A DNA stretch of 64,000 nucleotides. It comes from Armatimonadota bacterium (GTDB taxonomy: Bacteria > Sysuimicrobiota > Sysuimicrobiia > Sysuimicrobiales > Kaftiobacteriaceae). Both the position numbers and the translations under genes were made by a program. The notes under the pieces are model-generated. The model had not been told where the DNA came from and searched no databases. It was given only the letters and a program-made list of their open reading frames with translations. Location of the stretch: assembly GCA_037440005.1 (NCBI GenBank), contig JBBIUY010000005.1, positions 63,686 to 127,685 on the forward strand, written 5' to 3'. Each line of letters starts with the position of its first letter. Position 1 is the first letter of the stretch. Below are positions 1-10,486 of this stretch, piece after piece.

Positions 1-981
1 GAAGGGCATCTGCAGCGACACCTGCATCACGTCTCCCGCGCTGTAGATGAGGCCGAACAGCGCCGCGGTGAGCACCGCGGCCAGCGGGCGCCCCCGGGCC
101 AGCCAGGCGACGATGATGCCGGTGTAGCCGTACCCCAGCGACACCTGGGTCGGGTCCAGCAGCTTGTGGTGCACCCCCGCCACCTCCCCCACCCCGGCCA
201 GGCCCGCGGCGCCCCCGGACAGGGCCATGACCAGCAGGGTGGTGCGCAGGGCGCTGACGCCCACGTAGCGCGCGGCCTCGGGGTTTTCGCCCTGCACCCG
301 GATCTCAAAGCCCAGGGTGGTCCGTCCCAGCAGCAGCGCCCCCGCCGCCGCCACCACCACGCCCACCACCAGGGTCGGCCAGTGGATGCGGGTCCCGGGG
401 ATCAGGGCCAGCCAGGCGTCGGCCGGAAACGGGTCGGTGTAGGCGAAGCCCCGGACGCTGGGTCCCTTCCACGGCCCGGTGACCAGCCAGCTCACCAGGT
501 ACTGGGCCACGTAGTTCATCATCAGGGTGCTGATCACTTCGTTGACCGACAGCCGCAGCCGCAGCACCGCCGGCAGCAGGCCCCACAGCGCGCCGGCCGC
601 GAACCCGGCCGCGAACATCGCCGGCAGCGTCATCGGTCCCCGCAGGCCGCTGAACAGGGCCACCCAGGTGGCGGCGACCGCCCCGGCCAGCAGCTGGCCC
701 TCGGCGCCGATGTTGTAGACCTGGGCCCGGAAGGCCAGGACCAGTCCCGCCCCGACCAGCAGCAGCGGGATGGTGGGGCGCAGGACCTCGGGCAGGGTGC
801 CCGGCGCCAGCAGGCCGTCGCGGACGATGACGGCGTAGGCCCGCACTGGGTCCAGCCCGTAAGCCCAGAAGACGGCCCCGGCGACGAGGAACGCGGCGAC
901 GACGGCGGCCGCCGAGACGGCCACCGTCCACCACCCCGTGGTCTCGGCGCGTTCGATGCGGAACGGGCCCACCTGCGCCAT
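1..981 (-). CDS. ABC transporter permease, nucleoside/purine (BMP-associated) type; runs off the window
   Basis: Read manually from ATG at 981: MAQVGPFRIE...FRAQVYNIGAEGQLLAG...SVNEVISTLMMNY...GFEIRVQGENPEAARYVG...GYGYTGIIVAWLARG. These are typical YufP-like permease motifs; directly downstream of the ATPase. Confidence 0.9.
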   Translation of the reverse strand, partial: MAQVGPFRIERAETTGWWTVAVSAAAVVAAFLVAGAVFWAYGLDPVRAYAVIVRDGLLAPGTLPEVLRPTIPLLLVGAGLVLAFRAQVYNIGAEGQLLAGAVAATWVALFSGLRGPMTLPAMFAAGFAAGALWGLLPAVLRLRLSVNEVISTLMMNYVAQYLVSWLVTGPWKGPSVRGFAYTDPFPADAWLALIPGTRIHWPTLVVGVVVAAAGALLLGRTTLGFEIRVQGENPEAARYVGVSALRTTLLVMALSGGAAGLAGVGEVAGVHHKLLDPTQVSLGYGYTGIIVAWLARGRPLAAVLTAALFGLIYSAGDVMQVSLQMPF

Positions 982-996
982 GCCGGTCCGCCCCGT

Positions 997-2544
997 TCAG
1001 GACGCCGCCCGGCCCGCCATCCACAGGCCGATCTGCTGGCGGTCGGCGCCGGCGGGCACCACCGCCACCAGGCGTCCGTCGAACATGACCCCGATCCGGT
1101 CGGACAGGGCCAGGATTTCGTCCAGGTCCTCGGAGACCAGCAGCACGCCGGCGCCCCGGTCCCGGTGCTCCAGCAGGAGCCGGTGGATGCGCTCGGTGGT
1201 GGCCACGTCCAGTCCCGCCGTGGGGTGGGAGGCGACGATCAGGGACGGATCCGCCGACAGCTCCCGGGCCAGGATCAGCTTCTGGATGTTGCCGCCGGAC
1301 AGCAGCCGGGCGGGGCGGTGGGGGGACGGCGTCTGGATGTCGTGGGCGGCGATCAGGTCCGCCGCCGCCCGCAGGGCTTCCGCCGGGCGCAGGAGCAGGC
1401 CGCGGGCGAAGGGAGGGTCCGCATAGCGGCGCAGGATGAGGTTGTCGGCCACGGACATGGACGGGACGATGCCGGCGCGGGTCCGCTCCTCGGGGACGTG
1501 GGCCACCCCGGCCCGCGCCAGCTGCCGGGGCGTCCACCCGCGCACCGGGACACCGCGCAGCCGCACCTGTCCCCGGGCCGGCGGCCGCAGGCCTGTCAGG
1601 GCTTCCACCAGCTCCCGCTGCCCGTTGCCGGCCACGCCGGCGATGCCAAAGACTTCGCCCGCGGCCACGGTGAACGACACGCCCCGCACGGCGGGCCGGC
1701 CCCGGTCTCCGGCCACCCACAGGTCGCTCACCTCCAGGACCGGCGGCCCGGGCCGTCCCCGGCGCGGCGGCAGGGCCCGGTCCAGGTCCCGGCCCACCAT
1801 CATGCGGGCCAGGGCGGCGGTGTCGGCGCCGGCGGCCGGCACCGTGCCCACCACCCGCCCCCGCCGCAGCACCGTCACCCGGTCGGCCACGGCCGTGACC
1901 TCGTCCAGCTTGTGGGTGATGAAGATGACCGACTTGCCCTCCCCCCGCATCCGCCGCAGGACCTCAAACAGCTGGGCGGCCTCCTGCGGGGTCAGCACGC
2001 TGGTGGGTTCGTCCAGGATGAGGATCTCCGCTCCCCGCAGCAGCGCCTTGAGGATCTCCACCCGCTGCTGCTCGCTGGCCGACAGCTGCCAGACGGCGGC
2101 GTGAGGGTCCACCGCCAGCCCGTACCGCCGTCCGAACTCCTCCACCCGGGCGGCCACCTGCCGAACCGGCCGCCAGAAGGGGGTGCCGGCCGGCCCCAGG
2201 GCGATGTTTTCTGCCACCGTGTGCCGGCGCACCAGCAGGAAGTGCTGGGGGACCATGCCGATGCCGCAGGCGATGGCGTCCCGGGGAGAGTGGATGCGGA
2301 CCGGGCGGCCGTCCAGCAGGATCTCCCCGGCGTCGGGCTGGTACAGGCCGTACAGGATGTTCATCAGGGTCGTCTTGCCGGCGCCGTTTTCCCCCAGCAG
2401 CGCCAGGACCTCGCCCGCCCGCAGGTCCAGGCTGATCCGGTCGTTGGCGAGGACGCCCGGGAAGGACTTGGTGATGTTCCGGACGGCCAGCCGCACGGGG
2501 GCGGCGGACGACAGGTCGGCGGTCACACCCGCATCGGAGCGCAT
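997..2544 (-). CDS. ABC transporter ATP-binding protein (CUT2/nucleoside type, two NBDs)
   Basis: Walker A GENGAGKTT, ILILDEPT, ITHKLDEV, LSGGNIQK, LVSEDLDE. True start may be the GTG near 2526. Confidence 0.93.
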   Translation of the reverse strand: MRSDAGVTADLSSAAPVRLAVRNITKSFPGVLANDRISLDLRAGEVLALLGENGAGKTTLMNILYGLYQPDAGEILLDGRPVRIHSPRDAIACGIGMVPQHFLLVRRHTVAENIALGPAGTPFWRPVRQVAARVEEFGRRYGLAVDPHAAVWQLSASEQQRVEILKALLRGAEILILDEPTSVLTPQEAAQLFEVLRRMRGEGKSVIFITHKLDEVTAVADRVTVLRRGRVVGTVPAAGADTAALARMMVGRDLDRALPPRRGRPGPPVLEVSDLWVAGDRGRPAVRGVSFTVAAGEVFGIAGVAGNGQRELVEALTGLRPPARGQVRLRGVPVRGWTPRQLARAGVAHVPEERTRAGIVPSMSVADNLILRRYADPPFARGLLLRPAEALRAAADLIAAHDIQTPSPHRPARLLSGGNIQKLILARELSADPSLIVASHPTAGLDVATTERIHRLLLEHRDRGAGVLLVSEDLDEILALSDRIGVMFDGRLVAVVPAGADRQQIGLWMAGRAAS

Positions 2545-2669
2545 ACCGGGGAGTTTGGCCGGCCAGCCGCCGCTTCCTTCCGCCGGGCCGGCGCCGGCGG
2601 GAGGACCGGCCCACTTCGGGCCGGCGGCAGGAATGGGACGAAACCCGCGTGGAATCGTGTTGGGTATCC

Positions 2670-3542
2670 GTGGACGTCTACCTGCCCCGCTCCCTGTCCG
2701 AGGCCCTGGAGCTGAAGGCGGCGCATCCGGAGGCGGTGCCCGTCGCCGGGGGCACCGACATCATGGTGGCCGTGAACTTCCACCGCCTGCGGCCGGACGC
2801 GTTCTTGGACCTCAGCCGCCTGGCAGAACTGCAGCAGTGGCGGGAGGAGGACGGGACCGTGTACGTGGGGGCGGGATTGACGTACACCCGCATGGTCCGG
2901 GAGCTGGACTGGTGCGTGCCGCTGGTCCAGGCCGCCCGCACGGTGGGCTCGCCCCAGATTCGCAACCGGGGCACCCTGGGCGGCAACCTGGGCACCGCCA
3001 GCCCCGCCGGGGACACCCTCCCGGTGCTGGCGGCCTACGACGCCGAGGTCGTCCTGGGCCGGGCCGGCGGGGCGGTGCGGGTGCTGCCCTGGTGGCAGTT
3101 CCTGCGGGGGCCCAAGAAGACCGCCCTGGCCCCCGACGAGCTCATCCTGGGCGCCCGGTGGCGGCGCCTGCGCGGTCCGGGGTCGTTCTCGAAGGTGGGC
3201 ACCCGCAACGCCATGGTGATCGCCGTGGCGAGCCTGTGCCTGGTCTGCGACGAGGACGGGAGGACCGTGCGCGTGGCCCTGGGGTCGGTGGGCCCCACCA
3301 TCCTGCGCGCCCCCGACGCCGAGCGGTTCGTCGCGGAGCAGATGCAGCGGGCCGGCGCGTGGGACGACCCCCGGGCGCCGCTGCCTGACCGGGTGGTGGA
3401 GGAGTTCGGCGAACGGGTGGCGGCCGCCGCCCGGCCCATCGACGATGTCCGGGGAACGGCGGCCTACCGGCGGCACGCCTGCGCGGTCCTGGCGCGCCGC
3501 GCCCTGCGGTGGGCGCTGGAGGACCGCAGGCTGGGCGGCTAG
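2670..3542 (+). CDS. Xanthine dehydrogenase family FAD-binding subunit
   Basis: AGGTD, GSPQIRNRGTLGGNLGTASPAGD, PIDDVRGTAAYRR motifs. Confidence 0.92.
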   Translation: MDVYLPRSLSEALELKAAHPEAVPVAGGTDIMVAVNFHRLRPDAFLDLSRLAELQQWREEDGTVYVGAGLTYTRMVRELDWCVPLVQAARTVGSPQIRNRGTLGGNLGTASPAGDTLPVLAAYDAEVVLGRAGGAVRVLPWWQFLRGPKKTALAPDELILGARWRRLRGPGSFSKVGTRNAMVIAVASLCLVCDEDGRTVRVALGSVGPTILRAPDAERFVAEQMQRAGAWDDPRAPLPDRVVEEFGERVAAAARPIDDVRGTAAYRRHACAVLARRALRWALEDRRLGG

Positions 3543-3555
3543 AGGAGGCGGCGCG

Positions 3556-4029
3556 GTGCTCGTACGGGTGAACGTCAACGGCGTGTGGCGGCAGGCCGAC
3601 GTGTGGCCGGGGGCCAGCCTGCTCCTGCTGCTGCGGGACCACCTGGGGCTGGTGGGCAGCAAGAACGCCTGCGAGCAGGGCGAATGCGGCTCGTGCTCGG
3701 TGTGGCTGGACGACGAGCTGGTGTGCTCCTGCCTGGTCCTGGCCGCCCAGGCCGACGGGCGGACGGTGCGGACGGTGGAGTCCCTGGCCCACGGCGGCCG
3801 GCTGCACCCGGTCCAGGAGGCGTTCCTGGACGCCGGAGCGGTGCAGTGCGGGTTCTGCACCCCGGGGCTCGTGGTGGCGGTGGTGGACCTGCTCCAGCGC
3901 GACCCCTCCCCCTCCGAGGAGACGATCCGGGAGGCCCTGGCCGGCAACCTGTGCCGGTGCACGGGCTACCAGAAGATCCTGGACGCGGTGCGGCTGGCCG
4001 CGCAGCGCATGAGGACGGCGGAATCCTGA
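3556..4029 (+). CDS. Xanthine dehydrogenase family 2Fe-2S subunit
   Basis: CEQGECGSC...CSC, QCGFCTPG, GNLCRCTGY; RBS GGAGG before GTG 3556. Confidence 0.95.
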   Translation: MLVRVNVNGVWRQADVWPGASLLLLLRDHLGLVGSKNACEQGECGSCSVWLDDELVCSCLVLAAQADGRTVRTVESLAHGGRLHPVQEAFLDAGAVQCGFCTPGLVVAVVDLLQRDPSPSEETIREALAGNLCRCTGYQKILDAVRLAAQRMRTAES

Positions 4030-4061
4030 TCCCGGACCCCGGAGCCGCCGTCGGGGTAGGC

Positions 4062-5423
4062 ATGGCGTCGCTGCTCATCGACTCCTGTGAGGTCGTCGTG
4101 ACCATGGACGACGCCGGCACGGAGATCGCCGGCGGGTCCGTGCTCGTCGAGGACGGCGTCATCACCTGGGTGGGCTCCGGGCCGCCTCCGCGGCCGGCCG
4201 AGGAGGTCGTCGGGGGGCGCGGCCTGGTGGCGGTGCCGGGCCTGGTCAACACCCACCACCACCTGTACCAGAGCCTCACCCGCGTCCGGGCCCAGGACCG
4301 GGGGCTGTTCGGCTGGCTGGAAGCCCTGTACCCGGTGTGGGCGGGGGTGGATGAGGAGTGGGTGGAGGTGGCGTCGGCGGTGGGGCTGGCCGAGCTGGCC
4401 CTGTCCGGCTGCGCCACCACCACCGACCACCACTACATCTTCCCCCGGGGTGCCGCACATCTGCTGGACGTCCAGGTGGACGTGGCCCGCCGGATCGGCC
4501 TGCGGTTCCACCCCTGCCGGGGCTCGATGGACCTGGGCCGCAGCCGCGGCGGCCTGCCGCCCGATGACGTGGTGGAGGACACCGACGACATCCTGGCCCG
4601 CACCGAGGACGCGGTCCGCCGCCTCCACGACCCGCGGCCCGGGGCGATGGTCCGGGTGGCCGTCGCCCCCTGCTCGCCGTTTTCGGTCACGCCGCGCCTG
4701 ATGAAGGAGTCCGCCGCCCTGGCCCGCCGGCTGGGGGTGCGGCTGCACACCCACATCGCCGAGACCCGGGACGAGGAAGCCTACTGCCGTCAGACGTTCG
4801 GGGTGCGCCCGGTGGAGCTGCTGGACCGCTGGGGCTGGCTGGGACCGGACGTGTGGCTGGCCCACTGCGTGCACCTGAATGAGGCGGACATCGCCCGCAT
4901 CGCCCGCGCGGGCACCGGGGTGGCCTGGTGCCCGACGTCCAACCTGCGGCTGGGGTCGGGCATCGCCCCGGCCCGCCGGTTGCTGGATGCCGGGGTCGCT
5001 GTCGGGCTGGCCGTGGACGGGTCGGCGTCCAACGACGGCGGCCACCTGCTGGCCGAGGCCCGCCAGGCGTTGCTCGTGTCCCGGGCCGGGGGCGACCCGG
5101 CGGCCCTCGGCGCCCGGGACGTGCTGCGCCTGGCCACACGAGGGGGCGCCCGGTGCCTGGGGCGGGAGGACATCGGCGCCCTGGCGCCCGGCCTCCGCGG
5201 GGACGTGGCGCTGTTTCCGGTGGACACGCTGGCGATGGCGGGGGCCGAGGCCGACCCGGTGGCGGCGCTGGTCTTCTGCTTCCCGCAGCGGGTCAGGCAC
5301 CTGTTCGTGGACGGGCGGGCGGTGGTGCGCGACGGGCGCCTGGCGACCGCCGACGAGGACGCCATCGCCGCCCGGGCGAGGCGGCTGGGCCGGCGGATCG
5401 CACAGGGCGTCCCCGGCGGGTAG
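4062..5423 (+). CDS. Amidohydrolase, 8-oxoguanine deaminase-like
   Basis: PGLVNTHHHLYQSLTR, APCSPFSVT, LHTHIAET, WLAHCVH, VDGSASND. Confidence 0.88.
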   Translation: MASLLIDSCEVVVTMDDAGTEIAGGSVLVEDGVITWVGSGPPPRPAEEVVGGRGLVAVPGLVNTHHHLYQSLTRVRAQDRGLFGWLEALYPVWAGVDEEWVEVASAVGLAELALSGCATTTDHHYIFPRGAAHLLDVQVDVARRIGLRFHPCRGSMDLGRSRGGLPPDDVVEDTDDILARTEDAVRRLHDPRPGAMVRVAVAPCSPFSVTPRLMKESAALARRLGVRLHTHIAETRDEEAYCRQTFGVRPVELLDRWGWLGPDVWLAHCVHLNEADIARIARAGTGVAWCPTSNLRLGSGIAPARRLLDAGVAVGLAVDGSASNDGGHLLAEARQALLVSRAGGDPAALGARDVLRLATRGGARCLGREDIGALAPGLRGDVALFPVDTLAMAGAEADPVAALVFCFPQRVRHLFVDGRAVVRDGRLATADEDAIAARARRLGRRIAQGVPGG

Positions 5424-5521
5424 GGCCGGACCGAAAAGGGGCGAATGACCACCCACGCGGGCCGCCGCTTCCGGGCCGGCGGCGGTGGCCGGAACCCGGT
5501 CAGTCAGGGGAGGGGTGACCG

Positions 5522-7882
5522 ATGAAAGTGGTGCCGCGCGTCCCCGGAGGGGTGGGCGAGAGCGTCCGCCGGGTGGACGGGGTCCCCAAGGTCACCGGCG
5601 AGTTCCTGTTCGGCAGCGACCTCCGCACCGACGACATGCTGTGGGGCTACACCCTGCGCAGCCCCCACCCTCATGCCCGCATCGTCTCCCTGGACGTCTC
5701 CGGCGCCCTGACCGTCCCCGGCGTCTACGCGGTCCTGGTGGCCGACGACGTGCCCGGGCGCAAGACGTACGGGCTGGAGCTGCCCGACCAGCCGGTCCTG
5801 GCCATGGACTGCGTGCGCTACCAGGGCGAGCCGGTGGCGATCCTGGCCGCCGTGGACCTGGAGGTGGCGCGCCGGGCCGCCGGGCAGATCCGGGTGGACT
5901 ACGAGGTCCTGCCGGCGGTGACCGACATGGAGGCGGCCCTGCGCCCCGACGCGCCCCGGGTGCACCCCTGGGGCAACGTGCTGCGGCACATCCGGATCGT
6001 CCACGGCGACCCGTCCACGCCCGCCGACGTGTGGGTGGAGGGCTACTACGAGACCGGCATGCAGGACCAGGCCATGCTGGGCCCGGAGGCGGGTCTGGCG
6101 ATCCCCGCCTCCGACGGAGGGGTGGACCTGTACGTGGCCACCCAGTGGCTGCACGTGGACCGGGACCAGATCGCCCCCTGCCTGGGGCTGCCTCCCGAGA
6201 AGGTCCGGCTGCACCTGGCCGGGGTGGGGGGCGCGTTCGGGGCCCGGGAGGACGTCAGCATGCACATCCACGCCTGCCTGCTGGCGCTGCGCACCGGCCG
6301 GCCGGTGAAGATGGTCTACTCCCGGGAGGAGTCGTTCTACGGCCACGTCCACCGGCATCCGGCCCGGATCTGGATGCGCCACGGCGCCACCCGGGACGGC
6401 CGCCTGGTGAACGTGTACGCCCGGGTGCTCATCGACGGGGGCGCCTACGCGTCGTCGTCCACGGCGGTCATCGCCAACGCCAGCACCTTCGCCACGGGCC
6501 CCTACGAGGTGCCCCACGCGCTGATCGAGGGCACCGCCGTCTACACCCACAACCCGCCCTGCGGCGCCATGCGGGGGTTCGGGGCGGTGCAGGCCTGCTT
6601 CGCCCACGAGGCGCAGATGGACAAGCTGGCCCGCGCCCTGGGACTGGACCCGGTGGAGCTGCGGCTGCGCAACGCGGTGCAGACCGGCTCGGTCCTGCCC
6701 ACCGGGCAGGTCATCCGGGGCACCGCGCCGGTGCGGGAACTGATCCGCCGGTGCGCCGCCATCCCGCTGCCTGCCGAGCCGGCGGAGCGCCCCCCGCTGT
6801 CGTACCCCGGCGGGGCCGGCAACGTCAGCCGGGGCGAGCGGCTGCGGCGGGGCGTGGGGTTCGCCGTGGGCTACAAGAACGTCGCCTACAGCGAAGGGTT
6901 TGACGACTCGGCCGAGGCGCGGGTGCGCCTGTTCGCCGGGCCGGACGGCCCGGTGGCGGAGGTGCACAGCGCGGCGGCGGAGGTGGGCCAGGGGGTCCAC
7001 ACGGTCCTGGTGCAGATCGCCCGGGAGGAGCTGGGCATCCCGCAGGTGGTCCTGCGCACGCCCGACACCGCCGTGGGGTCCGCCGGCAGCAGCTCGGCGT
7101 CCCGCCAGACCATGATGTCCGGCGGAGCCGTCCAGCTGGCCTGCCGGGCCGTCCTGGAGGAGGTGTGGGACCGGGTGCGGCGGAGGGCCCGCGAGCGGAG
7201 GGAGCCTGTCCCCGGCGGCCTGGCCGTCCGGGACGGGGTGGTGTGGGCGGGCGAGCGGCCGGTGGGGCGTCTGGAGGAGTACCTGGACCCGCCCATCGAG
7301 GCGACCCGGACCTACCGCCACCGGCGTACCACGCCGCTGGACCGCCAGGGCCAGGGCGATCCGCACGTGACGTTCGCCTTCGCCGCCCAGCGGGCGGTGG
7401 TGGAGGTGGACGAGGAGCTGGGCCTGGTGCGGGTGGTGCAGATCGCCGCGGCCCAGGACGTCGGGCGCGCCCTGCACCCGCAGAACGTCTACGGCCAGAT
7501 CGAGGGCGGCACGGCCCAGGGGCTGGGGCTCGCGCTGATGGAGGAGATCGTCCTGGACGAAGGCCGCCTGCGCAACCCGTCGTTCACCGACTACCTGATC
7601 CCCACGATCCTGGACATGCCCCCGGTGGTGTCGGTCCTGATAGAGGAGCCCGAGCCGGGAGTTCCCTTCGGCGCCAAGGGGGTGGGCGAGCCGTCCACGG
7701 TGGTGTCCACCGCCGCCATCGTGGCGGCGGTGCGGGACGCCACCGGCCGGGAACTGAACCGGGTGCCCCTGAGGCCGGACGACATCGTCGGCCTGCGCCC
7801 GCCGGCCCGGTCGGCGGGGCCGCCGCCGGCTCCCGACGTGCCGTACCCCCAGCCGGTGCCCGTGGCCCTGGGATTCCTGTGA
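5522..7882 (+). CDS. pucD: Xanthine dehydrogenase molybdopterin-binding subunit (PucD-like)
   Basis: GGAFGARED, GAMRGFGAVQ, GSSSASRQT, GQIEGG, AKGVGEP. Confidence 0.9.
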   Translation: MKVVPRVPGGVGESVRRVDGVPKVTGEFLFGSDLRTDDMLWGYTLRSPHPHARIVSLDVSGALTVPGVYAVLVADDVPGRKTYGLELPDQPVLAMDCVRYQGEPVAILAAVDLEVARRAAGQIRVDYEVLPAVTDMEAALRPDAPRVHPWGNVLRHIRIVHGDPSTPADVWVEGYYETGMQDQAMLGPEAGLAIPASDGGVDLYVATQWLHVDRDQIAPCLGLPPEKVRLHLAGVGGAFGAREDVSMHIHACLLALRTGRPVKMVYSREESFYGHVHRHPARIWMRHGATRDGRLVNVYARVLIDGGAYASSSTAVIANASTFATGPYEVPHALIEGTAVYTHNPPCGAMRGFGAVQACFAHEAQMDKLARALGLDPVELRLRNAVQTGSVLPTGQVIRGTAPVRELIRRCAAIPLPAEPAERPPLSYPGGAGNVSRGERLRRGVGFAVGYKNVAYSEGFDDSAEARVRLFAGPDGPVAEVHSAAAEVGQGVHTVLVQIAREELGIPQVVLRTPDTAVGSAGSSSASRQTMMSGGAVQLACRAVLEEVWDRVRRRARERREPVPGGLAVRDGVVWAGERPVGRLEEYLDPPIEATRTYRHRRTTPLDRQGQGDPHVTFAFAAQRAVVEVDEELGLVRVVQIAAAQDVGRALHPQNVYGQIEGGTAQGLGLALMEEIVLDEGRLRNPSFTDYLIPTILDMPPVVSVLIEEPEPGVPFGAKGVGEPSTVVSTAAIVAAVRDATGRELNRVPLRPDDIVGLRPPARSAGPPPAPDVPYPQPVPVALGFL

Positions 7883-9255
7883 GGTACGACCGGGTGGTGG
7901 CCGGCGGGCGGGTGGTGACGCCCGCGGGGGTGGTGGAGGCCTCCGTCGGCATCCGCGCCGGCCGCATCGCCGCCCTGGCGGAGGGGCCCCTGGACGGCGA
8001 GGACGTCGTGGACGCCCGCGGCCGGGTGGTCCTGCCGGGGGCGGTGGACCTGCACGTGCACGTCAACGAGCCCGGCCGCACCCACTGGGAGGGGTGGGGT
8101 CCGGGCAGCCGGGCCGCCGCCGCCGGCGGTGTGACCACGGTGGTGGAGATGCCGCTGAACGCCTCTCCACCCACCACCACCGCTCAGGCCCTGCGGGCGA
8201 AGGTGGAGGCGGCGCAGGCGGCGTCGGTGGTGGACTTCGCCCTGTGGGGCGGGCTCGTGCCCGACAACCTGGACCAGCTGGACGCCCTGGCCGGCGGCGG
8301 CGTGGTCGGGTTCAAGGCGTTTTTGTGCCCCAGCGGCACCCCCGACTTCGGCTGGGTGGACGACGGCGCGCTGTACGACGGCATGCGCCGGATCGCCCGC
8401 ACGGGACTGGTCCTGGCGGTCCACGCCGAAAGCGCCTCGATCACCGGATACCTGACGGCCGCGCTGCAGGCCCGGGGACGCCGGGACCGCCGGGCGTGGG
8501 CCGAGTCCCGCCCCCCGGTCGCCGAGCTGGAAGCCGTCCGCCGGGCGGTCTTCCTGGCGGGCCAGGCCGGCTGCCGGCTGCACGTCGTCCACCTGAGCGT
8601 GCCGGAGGGAGCGGACGTGGTGGCGCAGGCGCGGGCGTCCGGGCAGGAGGTGACGGTGGAGACCTGCCCTCACTACCTGACCCTGACCGACGACGACCTC
8701 CTGCGGATGGGCCCGGTGGCCAAGTGCGCGCCGCCCCTGCGCGACCGGCCGACGGCGGACCGGCTGTGGCGGCAGGTGCTGGCAGGCCGCGTGCACTGCC
8801 TGGCCTCGGACCACTCGCCGTGTCCCACCGACGACAAGACCCGCGGGGAGGAGGACATCTGGGCCGCGTGGGGCGGGATCACCGGGGTGCAGACGCTGGT
8901 GGCCCTCCTGCTGACCGAAGGCGTGCACCGCCGCGGCATGAGCCTGGAGCAGGTGGCCGAACTGCTGGCCGCCCGCCCGGCCCGGATCGCCGGCCTGTGG
9001 CCCCGCAAGGGGGCCATCACGGTGGGCGCCGACGCCGACCTGGTGGTGGTGGACATGGAGCGGCGCTGGACGGTGGACCGCGGGTGGCTGCAGTCCCGCC
9101 ACCCCCACTCGCCGTTCGTGGGCTGGCCGATGCAGGGATGGATCACCCACGTGCTGCGCCGCGGGCAGACCGTCGCCCAGGACGGCGAGGTGGTGGCCCG
9201 GGGGGGCGGCCGGTGGGTCAGGCCGTCCCTGTCCGGCCCGAGTCAGCCCGGCTGA
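7879..9255 (+). CDS. allB: Allantoinase
   Basis: DLHVHVNEPGRTHWEG, EMPLNA, VETCPHYL, AKCAPPLR, SDHSPC, AWGGITGVQ; GTGA overlap with pucD. Confidence 0.92.
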   Translation: MRYDRVVAGGRVVTPAGVVEASVGIRAGRIAALAEGPLDGEDVVDARGRVVLPGAVDLHVHVNEPGRTHWEGWGPGSRAAAAGGVTTVVEMPLNASPPTTTAQALRAKVEAAQAASVVDFALWGGLVPDNLDQLDALAGGGVVGFKAFLCPSGTPDFGWVDDGALYDGMRRIARTGLVLAVHAESASITGYLTAALQARGRRDRRAWAESRPPVAELEAVRRAVFLAGQAGCRLHVVHLSVPEGADVVAQARASGQEVTVETCPHYLTLTDDDLLRMGPVAKCAPPLRDRPTADRLWRQVLAGRVHCLASDHSPCPTDDKTRGEEDIWAAWGGITGVQTLVALLLTEGVHRRGMSLEQVAELLAARPARIAGLWPRKGAITVGADADLVVVDMERRWTVDRGWLQSRHPHSPFVGWPMQGWITHVLRRGQTVAQDGEVVARGGGRWVRPSLSGPSQPG

Positions 9256-10469
9256 CCGTCCCCGCGTCGTGACGGAGACCGGGGGTCGGCGTCTTGGGCC
9301 AGCCTCCGGCGCGCCTCTTCCACCCCCGCCGCCGGGGGGACCCGCACGCCGAACGCCCGCAGCACGTGCTCCAGGCTGGACAGCACCGTCAGGACCACCG
9401 ACGGCCGCGCGTTGTACCCCATGGTGCCGATGCGCCAGATGCGGCCGCGCAGGGGGCCGAAGGACGTGGCCACCTCCACCCCAAACTCCTCCAGCAGCCG
9501 CAGGCGGGCCGCCTCCTCGGGCACGCCGTCGGGCACGTACACCGCGGTGATCATGGGCAGCCGGTGGCGGGGGTCGCCGAACAGGCGCAGCCCCATGGCC
9601 TCCAGCCCGGCCTTGAGCGCCTCCCCCACCCGCCGGTGGCGCGCCCAGCGGGACGGCAGCCCCTCTTCCACCACCAGCCGCAGCGCCTCCCGCAGCCCGT
9701 AGGTCATGGTGGTGGGCAGGGTGTGGTGGTTGAGACGCTCGGGGCTCCAGTAGCGCTGCAGCTGGGCTAGGTCCAGGTAGTTGCTGATGACGGGCGTCCG
9801 CCGCCGGGCGATGGCGTCCTCGGCGCGCCCGTTGTAGGTGACCGGCGCCATGCCCGACGGACAGCCCAGGCACTTCTGGGTGCCCGACGTGCACACGTCG
9901 ATCTGCCAGCCGTCCACGTCCACCTCCACCCCGCCCAGGGTCACCACCGCGTCCACCACCAGCAGCGCGCCGTGCCGCCGGCAGATCCGGCCGATCTCCT
10001 CCATGTGAGGCTGCAGCATGCCCGTGGACGTCTCGCCGTGGACGACGGCCACCACCTTGGCGGGCCGGGCCCGCAGGGCGTCGTCCACCTGCTGCGGGTC
10101 GATCACCCGGCCCCACTCGGCGGCGACCTGGTCCACCCGGGCGCCGTAGCGGACGGCCAGGTCGGCGAACAGGTCCCCAAAGCGCCCGCAGTTGGCCACC
10201 AGGACCGGGTCGCCCGGCTCGACGAGGGAGGCGATGGCCGCCTCCATGCCGGCGCGGCCCGTGCCGGAGACGGCGTAGGTCCGGAGGTTGGCCGTCTGGA
10301 ACACCTGCCGGGCCAGGGCCATGACGTCCTCCATGATCGCGGTGAACGCCGGGTCGAACTGGCCCAGGATCGGGGAGGCCATCGCCCGCAGGACCCGCGG
10401 GTCGGGGTTGGTGGGTCCGGTGCCGCACAGCAGCCGGACGGGGGGAGTCAGGTCGCCGACGGTGCTCAC
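9243..10469 (-). CDS. pucG: PLP class-V aminotransferase, ureidoglycine-glyoxylate transaminase (PucG-like)
   Basis: GQFDPAFT, VHGETSTG, SGTQKCLGCPSG, SNYLDL, RLNHHT, IWRIGTMGYNA; allantoin-catabolic context. Confidence 0.85.
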   Translation of the reverse strand: MSTVGDLTPPVRLLCGTGPTNPDPRVLRAMASPILGQFDPAFTAIMEDVMALARQVFQTANLRTYAVSGTGRAGMEAAIASLVEPGDPVLVANCGRFGDLFADLAVRYGARVDQVAAEWGRVIDPQQVDDALRARPAKVVAVVHGETSTGMLQPHMEEIGRICRRHGALLVVDAVVTLGGVEVDVDGWQIDVCTSGTQKCLGCPSGMAPVTYNGRAEDAIARRRTPVISNYLDLAQLQRYWSPERLNHHTLPTTMTYGLREALRLVVEEGLPSRWARHRRVGEALKAGLEAMGLRLFGDPRHRLPMITAVYVPDGVPEEAARLRLLEEFGVEVATSFGPLRGRIWRIGTMGYNARPSVVLTVLSSLEHVLRAFGVRVPPAAGVEEARRRLAQDADPRSPSRRGDGQPG

Positions 10470-10486
10470 GGTCGTTCCTCCTCCGA

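Noticed and set aside
166..2715. 849-aa plus-strand ORF and many other long alternative-frame ORFs (e.g. 7591-10530, 53387-55906, 24217-26217, 47767-49983)
   Set aside because: Shadow ORFs of very high-GC DNA: Arg/Pro/Gly-rich, no motifs, and overlapping well-supported genes.
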